From positions 23,236,795 to 23,300,794 of the forward strand of contig NC_092670.1 of the NCBI RefSeq assembly GCF_964355755.1: a stretch of DNA of 64,000 nt, read 5' to 3'. Below are positions 12,853 through 36,192 of the stretch, in pieces (position 1 is the stretch's first letter; each line of letters begins with the position of its first letter). The notes beneath the pieces were generated by a model, which saw nothing but the letters and a program-made list of their open reading frames with translations, was not told where the DNA came from and did not search any database. The translations under genes and the position numbers were made by a program. Source of the DNA: Antedon mediterranea. Lineage: Eukaryota > Animalia > Echinodermata.

Positions 12853-13499
12853 AACATAAAACAAACCAAGGGGAGAAAAGCCAGTCGACCATGTATACAA
12901 ATATGCTACTGATATGTGGAGGAGGAATATTTCTGATGTGTGACCAACAAACCAGTTCCCTACCCACTGTGGTAATGCCACTTACTAATAATCATGCTAT
13001 TTACCAACAACATAGAAGGACTGAAGGACCGAGAATTTGAGAGAGCAGTAGAATAAAATTCTGTATCAATTATTATTATTATAATAATGATGATGCCAAT
13101 GAATTGCAATATACTAAACACAAAAATAGAAATTCTGCTAGGAACAAAATATTATCGCATATGTGTAATCCAATAGAAATCTATATCACAGACTTGCTTC
13201 TATTCTTTTACTAGCATATATACTTTGAAGTTTAAGAAGACAAATTGGGGTTTTTTTTATAATTGGTAGGTCACATGAAATGCGTATTATGATATATTAT
13301 TTTAATTTTGTCTTAATGAAGTCCTACACAAATGTTACATCAATATTTTTTATAAGTTGTACATAATTTTTAAAAAGGCTTGTTAGTTTAATTAAAGCAG
13401 TATGAAATTTACCATAATAAAGAAGACACTTAATTTGTTTTAGTACAATTTATTTACTTGTGTCAAAGCATTATTTGTGGCCAATTACCTGTATTAAAA

Positions 13500-13701
13500 T
13501 TGTTTTCCTGTCGACGTTATTCTACGCTATATCGTCGTTGATTGTTAACAGTTCAACGACGATCGTTTGAATACGATCAAGTTGAAATGATAACGATAGC
13601 GAGTACCTTTTCCTGTAAATCGTTAACATTTCAATGTTTACGTAGAAGATCGCCGATTATTGTTAATAATAATTGATAGCGTCGACAGGAAAACAGGCTT
13701 T
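13500..13701. mobile_element. Palindromic MITE family B, copy 2
   Basis: Same sequence and orientation as 11322-11528, left end slightly truncated. Confidence 0.85.
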
Positions 13702-15408
13702 AGCATGCTACTTGGTGCTAAATACTGGGGTTTTCGAGAGTATGATACCACGTGTGTCAAGTCAAATACATGTATTGTCATTTGTAAACATATCAAAACA
13801 AAAATTTACATTGAAATGAATTTGAACGGTCTCGGCTAACAAATAAAAGAACTTAAACTACATGGTGAAACTATCCCCCGCCGGACATGCCATTCCGTTA
13901 TTTCAAGGTTTGGGGGGAAAAATTATTTTAACAAAATGTTTTGTCAGCTTTCATATTTATGATACACTGTTGTGAAATCTTTGTGCCAAAAATGCAATTT
14001 ATATACAGTACATAAGCCTGTTTTGCACTTGGGCGAATGTATTCACTGATATGCATCTACTTTCTGTGACATGAAAATTGCTGAACCAATCTGAAATCAA
14101 GAATGTTCGATTCGCGCGAAATTTATGTGGAAAAATCATTGTGGGAGCGCTAAGTTGTCATTTTTTTGTCCCTATTAAAACACTCAACATTAATTTAAAC
14201 GACTCTAATTAAATCAAGCTATAGAAGTAAATTTCTAGAAATAAAATGATAACAAACTACTATTCAACTTTAGGGTTTTTAATCAGAAACAACAAGAAAG
14301 GGCTTTGAAATGCGTTATAGATAATATGTATAAAAAGAGGAATGCAGTGTAGACCTACTAGTAGAAACTATATGTAGAGAAAAGATAAAAACAAAAATCA
14401 ATGGAAAATGTGAAAATATGTAAACAAATGAACAAAACTCTTTAAAAAAAGTGTATGTAAACAGATGATGAAAACAAACATTGTTAATAATAATATGTAT
14501 AGTGTATTGAAATGAAAATGTGTTTAGAGAAAAAGTAAAGAGATAGCAACATGTATGGAAAAAAAAGTGGGATGAACCCACATAAGATGAAAAAAATGAG
14601 TTTGTTTCTATTGATTTGTTTAATCATTAAAATAAATAACCAAGATATAATTGCGTTTACTTTTGAATATTATACTATACAAACAAATAGAGAAATATAA
14701 CTGGAACGTCGGATATTAATTGTTTTACCAAACTGGAATTAATTGAAACAATTTAATAGCGCCTATCTTTCTTCTATCGCTCAAGCAAAGTAAATTTCTA
14801 TTTTTATAAATCGGACCAATAACATTTGAATCTTGAATCTTATCGGTCTAATAATAAAGTAAAGGGGAAACTAAGTTGGTTCAACAGGAACTAGGTGTGC
14901 CATTGATGTTCAGCCTAAATGAACGACGACGGAAGATAGGTGTTTTGACCTTTTGATGATTTAAGGAATTGAAGGAGTCGGGAGTGTCTTTTGATAGACG
15001 TTTTTCAAGATTTTAGTCTATTATTATCATAGTGTCTGTTCAAGCAACATATTCAATCAACTTTCTTTAAATCCCAGGATTGAGTATTTAGACCCAACCA
15101 GGTAATAATTGTATATAAAATGTAAATCGACCATCCAAACAAGGCTACAAAATAACTGACCACCAGATAAAAGAAGCAAGAACACATTTTTGAAAAAATG
15201 ATTAATATAACACCTACTCCTACATTATTAGGAGCAACTTACAGAGGTCTAAAGTGACAAAAAAACGTACTCCGATTTTATTACAAATACAATTGCTTCC
15301 AGGTGTTTTTGAAAACACATTGCGTTTATTTGAATAAAGTATTTACCTATCTCAAAATTAATATTTATCAATTTTATTACCGATACAGTACTACTCTGTA
15401 TGTAATTT

Positions 15409-15476
15409 CCACGTTGTGGTTATACGTCACCATCAGCCAATCGAATGCAGTAAAATATATGACGTCATGTTATTGG
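15409..15476 (+). promoter_or_regulatory. IRE1 proximal promoter: ACGT-core bZIP sites and CCAAT boxes
   Basis: CCACGT 15409-14, TACGTCA 15423-29, CCAAT 15437-41, TGACGTCA (CRE) 15460-67 and ATTGG 15472-76, all within 190 bp of the ATG. Confidence 0.55.
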
Positions 15477-15592
15477 TTCTCAAAAAACAGTGCCTTGTTT
15501 TCATGCGAGAGATCGTCGATAAATAATGGGATGATTAGAAGGGATAAAAAAACAGGTTTTTTTCCGATGGTGTAGTTAATTTATTACGAGAA

Positions 15593-26919
<11,327 letters not shown>

Positions 26920-29189
26920 GAGGAAGTCTCCACTCGAAATGACTGACTGAGATGAGTTGATGACCGGGCCAAAGGCCATGCTGAAGAATGAGGCCATGTT
27001 TTCTTGCCGAAACGGTGCCATGGTTAGTTTTTCTAGATTAAAGGTCAAATTGTTACAAGATTACCAGTCTAGGCATGTACTTAATAACTGTAGCATACTC
27101 TAAGCCAATGCAATCTTTGTTGTTGCATAGATTATAAGCTTTCTTGGGTTCATTACAGACAATTGGATAAACATCTACAACTGGTATTGATAGACATTCT
27201 GACTGATACAAAAAGAGTACTTATAAATTATATTGAAAATCATCCATTGATTACTACCATGTAGAATTGAATTACTAGTACTAAGACCTCAGTGATGCCG
27301 TTTGTAGAAATTGCAACCTCTGTGTGGGATAGTATTTTTAACCACATTTAAACCAATGATTTTAATTGACAGCAACTAAAATTTTATTGAATATTATGAA
27401 AGACTTAATTGTTTAATACAAATTAGATACGTACATGTATGGTTATTTATTCAAAGATATTTATTCAAAGTGCTATATAAATATTTATAACAGCAACTGT
27501 ATGTCAGTATAAAATCATGGGGTGTACATCAATTAAATGTAATTGCACTGTGGGGAGTATGGCTGTTTGAAGTAATCACTGAGAACAATTATTTATATTA
27601 TACTACTGTACTAGAGTATCTCTCATAAAAATGTTTTTAAAGAAAATATTGATACTGTCTAATACAGTATATCAACTAGAAAAATAATATCAGGTTTATA
27701 AGCTATTACAAAGTTGAATTCAAATAACATATAAATACAGTACAGTATATTCACTACAAAATTCTCTCATAGAGAGCCAGAGGCTAAATTTAATTTTTCA
27801 ACTCACAATATTTTTAGCCTTTTATAGTTCATTGTAAATAAAATTTAATGTATCTAAAAATACAGAAATATTTTTTAAAGAGTTTGTTTTATTACAGTAA
27901 ATAACTGCTTGTGTTACAGAGCGTTAAATCTAACTAAACGCTTCATATATTTATTAGTTAACGTCACAAATATGGCGTGAAATGTCCAGATAACTGTGAA
28001 ACGATCCGAAATAGGTCACCTATTGTAGACGCAATGATCAACGACTAATTTCATATTAATATCTATAAATAATTGAACTTGCAATTTCCTTGTTGGAAAT
28101 GAATTTCTAAGGTGATCCCTAGATATAATGAAAAATGATTCCTAGGTTGAAATAAGGGACCAACTTGAATTACTTTTCATTGATGATAAATGTTGTAATT
28201 CTCAGAGGAATAGACACATTAATAATATTATGTTTGTATGACTGATCATGATATGTAGATCTACAGCTGTCTGAGTTATCATTGGTTATCCGCACTTGGC
28301 GGATAACCCCTTGTTATTTTTTATAATAATTTTGTGCATTAATTATTATATTGCTGAATCATGATTTATGAATTATATGATAGTGGTCAGTTAAAAATAA
28401 ACATATTTCATATTTTTCATTTCGCTTTACACAAAGTGTTTATTTTGTTTTTAAAATAAATTTTCCAGATATTCCTATTTTGTCACCAATTTTGACATTA
28501 TAACCTGTTATTTTGTTTCAAATACCTTAAAGCATGCCATCAATATTTTCATAGACTAGAATTGTGTTTGGTGTTTTATTTGTTTCCAAAATTTGTCCAA
28601 AGTACTATAAATTTTATAATTAAATTTAAGTGTGTTCACCATTCAGACAAACATTTTTTATAGTGGTGGTCCAAGGGTCGCTGACCAATTGATACTGTAA
28701 TAATTTATTAGTTCAGTTACTCGAATTATGAGTTTAGAGAATACCATATTTTTATATAAGCAATATTTTTTAACAGTTTGTAAATATCCTGCTGTATTGT
28801 CTTTACTGTAATATACTTTTCAAGCTATTCAAACGTCTAGTTTATGTTTCTTGAGTATTAAAGATACTGTAATTGTATTAAAAATACTAAATTACTACAT
28901 TGTTGTGGTACTGTACTTATCTTGTTTTTCTATCTACTTATTACTTATTATATTGCAACTAATTATTTATTATTTGAATGATTTATGAGTTGCTTACATT
29001 TATTCCATACTTTCTGTACTTATTCAATATGTAAAGTTACATTTTATTATTTCTTCCAATTACATAACTAATTGGCATTAATCTTTTGTACTTCAGTTAA
29101 ATTTAATATATTTTCCAATTGTTAATTAAACAAATATATTAAACAATACCTTGTTACTTATTACTGGTACTGGTCTTTGTAACCATGAT

Positions 29190-29497
29190 AAGAGCGTGTG
29201 GCGCAGTGTTTTGGATGTTGGACTACTGATAGTGAGATGGCGGTTCGAACCCAACTCTCGCCGCATTGCTTGTATCCTTAGTCAAGATACTTTACTTAAT
29301 TTGCTCCACCCAGGTGTATAAATGGGCACCTGGTTAGATCAAGACACAACTTTGCGCTGATTACTAGCTGCATTATGGGAGTATGTTTCCATACATGTTT
29401 GATCCACAAAAAATGACGGTTAACTTTTCAATTGTTCAGCGCTTTGAGGTTTCACAACATTAGGCGCTATATAAATCCAGGATATTATTATTATTAT
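29190..29497 (+). mobile_element. tRNA-derived SINE with Deu/Nin-like core and L2-like tail
   Basis: A box TGGCGCAGTG, B box GGTTCGAACCC, core ctccacccaggtgtataaatgggcacc, and tail gcgctatataaat followed by (TAT)n. Confidence 0.85.
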
Positions 29498-30009
29498 GCT
29501 AGATCACATATATATGGTGGTTATTGACTGTATACAGTTAGCGCTTATGGACACTGCATGTTGATGCTCACAATATCACTCCTGCATCCCACTAGACCAC
29601 TATCATATTTTATTTTTTTAATGTTTTGTAGCTGAACCCATCTCCGAGGAACTGCGACCTGTCTATTACACATTGCAGGATGGATTTTATTTTCCTACCT
29701 CTTCTCTTTGGTTTGCTAGAATGGAAATTGAGGATTTTTACAGACTCGTTGTTGTTTGATCTTATCATGTGCGAGATCCATTTATGTTGTTATTACTTAA
29801 TTATTTACTCTATTATTTCTGTGAGAGTTTGCATTTGCATGTAGATAAGGTGTGATGTAATGTGCAAAGTGGTATTGTTGAACATTAATATTGGCAGATT
29901 TCGTAGGCCTTGGTTAAAGATCTATTTGCATTATGCTGACGGACCAGAATAAATATTTTAGTACAAAGGAGACAACATAATTATATTATATAAATCAATC
30001 AATCAATAA

Positions 30010-31710
30010 ACCTTGGATGAAATAGGCAACTATAGATATTATATAGCTACCATTTGGAGACCCTGGATGCTATAGTCAAGTATAGATATTATATAGCTAC
30101 CATTTGGAGACCCTGGATGCTATAGGCAAGTATGGATATTATATAGCTTCCATTTGGAGACCCTGGATGCTATAGGCAAGTATAGATATTATATAGCTAC
30201 CATTTAGAGACCCTGGATGCTATAGGCAAGTATGGATATTATATAGCTTCCATTTGGAGACCCTGGATGAAATAGGCAAGTATAGATATTATATAGCTAC
30301 CATTTGGAGACCCTGGATGCTATAGTCAAGTATAGATATTATATAGCTACCATTTGGAGACCCTGGATGCTATAGGCAAGTATAGATATTTAATATAGCT
30401 ACCATTTAGAGACCCTGGATGTTATAGGCAAATATGGATATTATATAGCTTCCATTTGGAGACCCTGGATGCTATAGGCAAGTATGGATATTATATAGCT
30501 TCCATTTGGAGACCCTGGATGCTATAGGCAAGTATGGATATCATATAGCTTCCATTTAGAGACCCTGGCTGCTATAGGTAAGTATGGATATTATATAGCT
30601 TCCATTTGGAGACCCTGGATGCTATAGGAAAGTATGGATATTATATAGCTTCCATTTGGAGACCCTTGATGTTATATGCAAGTATGGATATCATATAGCT
30701 TCCATTTAGAGACCCTGGATGAAATAGGCAAGTATGGATATTATATAGCTTCCATTTAGAGATCTTGGATGCTATAGGCAAGTGTGGCTATTATATAGCT
30801 TCCATTTGGAGACCCTGGATGCTATAGGCAAGTATGGATATCATATAGCTTCCATTTAGAGACCCTGGATGAAATAGGCAAGTATAGATATTATATAGCT
30901 ACCATTTGGAGACCCTGGATGCTATAGGCAAGTATAGATATTATATAGTTACCATTTAGAGACCCTGGATGCTATAGGCAAGTATGGATATTATATAGCT
31001 TCCATTTAGAGACCCTGGATGTTATAGGCAAGTATGGATATTATATAGCTTCCATTTGGAGACCCTGGATGCTATAGGCAAGTATGGATATCATATAGCT
31101 TCCATTTAGAGACCCTGTAAGTATGGATATTATATAGCTTCCATTTGGAGACCCTGGATGCTATAGGAAAGTATGGATATTATATAGCTTCCATTTGGAG
31201 ACCCTTGATGCTATATGCAAGTATGGATATCATATAGCTTCCATTTAGAGACCCTGGATGAAATAGGCAAGTATGGATATTATATAGCTACCATTTAGAG
31301 ACCCTGGATGCTATAGGAAAATACGGATATTATATAGCTACCATTTAAATATCCTGGATGCTATAGGAAAATATGGATATTATATAGCTACCATTTAAAG
31401 ACCCTGGATGCTATAGGCAAGTATGGATATTATATAGCTACCATTTAGAGACCCTGAATGCTAAAGCAAGTGTACCATTTAGAAACAACGGATGCTATTG
31501 ACAAGTGTACCATTTAGAGAGCCTAGGTGCTATAGGCACATGTCATATTTTAGAGACCCTGGATGCTATAGGCAAGTGTATTATTTTAAAGACCCTGGAT
31601 GATGTAGGCATGAGTTCCAGTTTAGAGACCCTGGATGCTATATGTAATTTTAGATACCCTGGATGCTTTACCGTTTTAGATACTCTGGATTCTATAGGCA
31701 TTTTAGAGAC
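30010..31710. repeat. 50-bp minisatellite (~28 copies) decaying into shorter ~35-bp units
   Basis: Unit ccctggatgctataggcaagtatggatattatatagcttccatttggaga, regular from 30010 to ~31450. Confidence 0.97.
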
Positions 31711-34700
31711 CATACGCTACAAGCAGTGTACAAAATTACATTTATGTTTGTAGTTTTAAAACCATAAAGTTAGTTCTGTATATGTACTGGTATACAGTTA
31801 TATTATTGAATATTCATAAATCTGTCAAGTTTATATACAAACTTTATGGGACCCTGGATATTGTAATAGGCAAGGTAACCAGGCAGTTATAATAATATTA
31901 TAAAATTTATTGATAGTCTAATGCATTTTCTATTGTAGCCACTGTTTACTGAGCACATAATAATGTATTTTAACAGCACTCGCAAAATAGAAGAGTGGCC
32001 TGACAGCAATTGATTATTGTTGCGTGAATGATTTCACTACTTATCGTAACCATTAATAGGATATTTATCAATAGAACTGTAAGACAGTTCAAATGGAACA
32101 CAATTTAAATGTTTCTTTATAAATGTAACAGAATTTTATTTACACAGTAATTAAGTGGGCACTTTCCTGTTAAATGGATAAGGAGCATAGTAAAGTTAGG
32201 TTTGCAGTACAGAGAATGTCACTAAGTTTTGTTTATTTTATTACTTTGCATGTGCTTCGAGAATCATTACAAAAAGGATAACACTGTATAAACAGCGAAA
32301 TCAATGGATTAAGCAGTTACTCTCCTTGATATCTAAATGCACTGTATAACATGAACACTTGAATCTTAAAATATCATCAAAATACACTGCGATTAAATTG
32401 GTGAGCCCTTGAAATACGCTACAGCAACTGGTCTTGAGATTGGACCGACCGACTGAAACTACTTCAAAAAGCTACTAGATACCATAAACAATACAATAAA
32501 ATGAAAGAACAAGATTTGAAGGCACTAACACCAGATTTTCCATTTAATCCTCTTTGTTAAGCATTTTCATGGTTATATTATCACTAACATTGCTTGCTAA
32601 GTAGTACAGCGAACACAGAACAAAGATCTTACACACACAATAAAAGCTTTGTATATTTTAAGGTAGTTAACTATTGTTTTGTTTTTTTTTATTCAGAGTT
32701 AATTGCTTAGTCTTGACCATTCTCAAACCACATCACTTTTTATTCACACACTTATATTACTTATTATATAATACTTGCTTTGAATTTGGAAGATAAGAAA
32801 AACCAAACCACTACTACGTCCTAGACAACCCGTCACTTGGTAAATCTATCTATGTATTACCGACGCATGATTGCAAATCGTTTTCTTTTATTTTATACAA
32901 AGAAACTTATTGTTATAATAATAATAATAATAATGTCCCAATAAATCCGCTATCTCAAAAACTATATTAAAAATCTTTGTGTTATTAAAGATTGATAGGA
33001 ATTTAGTATTTGACAGTTAATCGTCTGAAACAATCTTAAATAGCTCCCTCACCAAACAGGTGGTTTTCTAGTACGTTATACATTCTCGTTGAAGAAATTC
33101 TTAAACTACTATATTTGAATACCTCTTCGTAAACCTTAATTTAACTTAATTACACCACCTGTCCCCTTAAACTTCTTAATTAAAACACATTCAAGTATGG
33201 AAGGAAGAATTGATTTGATTAAGCAACTGATGGTAACGCTTCTCTTCAACAATAAACAACAAACAACAATAACATTTATACATAAATTGGTCCTCTCCTC
33301 GGAATAATAAACTCTACACTGTTTTTGCAATGATATAAGACTATTGAAAATGCCCCTATTTAAGTATTGTGTGTTTAGTGTCCAACCCACCAGAGTATTT
33401 AGAATTAAACTAATGTACATGTCTTCACATAAATGAACTGAGTATGGCAGGCTACCACTGTCAACTTATATAAATCCTTAGTCTTTGGCTTTCTTTACTA
33501 TTCTGTGGGTAAAATTATGAATTCTTTTCACATAAGCTCATACCGAATCAGTTCCATTTTTTTTGTAAAGTTTTTTTTTTCAATTCATAAAAGGTCTTGG
33601 TTTTTTTTTAAACATAAACATTAAACGGTTGCACACAATGAAACAATTACCCATAAACAGTGCTGGATAAGATAAGAATTGTACTTAATTAATTTGTATT
33701 TGTAATAATAATAAGAATTAAGAATAATATTAATATATCAAAATTAGCAGATCTCTCTTAAAAGTCAGTGCTACGCAACAAACGACATACAACACAATTA
33801 GGTAGAACTTTGCATAAATTTGAATTACATAGCTACAATTTACAACCACGTTTCATAGTTGCCATTTGATTGCCTTTAAACGGAATCTTTACATTAAACA
33901 CATGGGAGTACTGTACAATGAATAAGAAACAGAAATCCAAACAATATATATTAGTGAACACTTATTTAGTATTTCTTTAGTTAAAAAACCACTTGGGTTA
34001 TTTTCATTTTTTTTTCATCAAAATTAGCAAATATAATGACATCCGTATTAATACTCTTTGAGTAGCAAAACACTACAATTATTACTTTTGTGTGTATCAA
34101 ATAAAAATAAGTGCTGTATATATGAAAATAACACTACATTTATTGAACATATACTATCTGTGAACATTTCAGATCAAGTTACTTGCAGATTGGTTATGGC
34201 GTGTTTAAAAAAACCCAACATATATTTTCAAACCCTATATTTGTTGGTATATTATTAGTACTATTGTAGCAGCATGTATTAACCCATTATTTCATGCCTA
34301 ATTGTGTCCTATTAACTGGACATAAGATAATCACTAAAGACAAAGTCAAGCCTGCTCCTGGGAGAGTCTTTTTTTTAATATATTTTTTCCAACCCACATC
34401 CCAACCCGACTCCCCTTGGCAAATATTGAGTATGGACTACATAGTAGCCGTGACCCTTCCCCCAACCCCAATACATCCACATCCCTTCACCCATAGAAAT
34501 ACTTTTAAGTTTTTGCACTTCTGTATATACTTTTTAATATAATTTTTATTTTTTTTTATATTTTAATCTTTTTTTTTAAATCTCCCGGAAGCAAGCAAGA
34601 GCACCATGTTATCGAAAATTTAAAAAAAAAAAACATGAAAGGTGATTACTTCAATCATTGTTATCATCGTCAAAATCGTTTTAAACTCGTAACGCAGTTA

Positions 34701-36192
34701 TCAGCTGCAACAAGTCAACGACCCTGAGCAGAATTTGTGACATCCAAGAGGCATTATCAACTGTTAAAACGCTGAAGACTAATCCCCACTTCTTATTTTA
34801 AATATTTACACCCTTTTCAAACAGATTAAACCACCCCGATATATTTTTTTTTCTTTATATATATTTTTTTTAAACGAGGTGGCACTAAATCAAGGCTAGA
34901 TAGGACATCTTGGTTTTCTTAAAACTTACATCTAGGTTCAAATTTGCACACTAAATTTTGGAATAAATCGTAAGCACATAAACTTGTTTGCATGAATTAA
35001 ACAAAAATTGCATACGCATAAACAGTATAGAACTCGATGGAGTTGGTTAATCTTATTCTGGACATTATTGTCAAGTTAGTATTCTTCTTAATAGAGTAAA
35101 GACATAGGCACATTCATGTTAAACAATACATATATCTAAGCTTGTATAGCCAGCCTAAAACAAACAAGACCATTATTAAATAAAGGAGTTCTTGATGTTA
35201 GAATATACAATCTACAATATATCCAAAATACAAGTTTTGATAATTGTTTTGGTTATCATCTTAACTACAATGTTCTTTTTTTTTTTTTTTTTTTTTAATA
35301 TTCTTGGCAGATCTATTAACTAGTTTTGTGAAAGACACTTATTATATCTTGGTACATTTCAGTCCATGTAAAGCCAGATTAGTTACATATAAGTTTAAAT
35401 GGAAAAAAAATCGATAAGTTAAGAGTGGAACAATATGTGCATTCCACCGAAACAAATTGCACTTCCAAAAATAATTCCATAACATAATTGTACAAGCTGG
35501 CAACAAAAAGAAAGGAAAACCTTAAAAACTAATAATTTAAATCCGAATAGATATATAATTCAGGTCGTAAGAAACTTCAATTATGTGACCTGAATGTTGA
35601 TATACTTATTGTCCAACAGAATATAAAACAAATCACACTGATTGAAAACGATAAAAACGTCATGCAAATACTAGTTCAATATCAAAACAACTTATTCTAA
35701 AATATACTGAATAGTCTTTATCAAGACACAAAGTTAAGACATTTAATTTATTTCTTCACGTAAACATTCAGCGTTATAGCACCGATTCTAACCTATTTAA
35801 AGCACGAGACAACCTTTCGTGGCATTTCATTGTGTTATTTTTTTTGTATATATTTTTTTTTTCTTATAATAATAAACTTCTTATCTAAATGTAAAAAAGG
35901 AAAACCCTTAAAGAGAGAAGTATTATAATGTAAGGTGTATATGCTTTTCATTACCAAATTGCACATTTGCTTTTCAATTTCCAGCACTCAATGAAAAGAC
36001 CAACAAATCAAAAATAAAAAACCAATCAGTTAGAAAGTTCAAAGTTTAAACTTTCCTCAGCAAGGCTTTTCTAGTGTCTGCCAATACCAGCACACACACC
36101 CGTCACAAAAACATACATTTATCACTCAAATAAAACAACATTATATAATATTTCCTTATCAAAATAGGTAGCCTTCAATTTTATATTAAACT

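Noticed and set aside
29190-29265. Possible tRNA gene
   Set aside because: A and B boxes are present but there is no clean cloverleaf, and it continues into a SINE core and tail.
30010-31450. Regular repeats superficially like a CRISPR array
   Set aside because: No unique spacers, no cas genes, eukaryotic context; it is a plain minisatellite.
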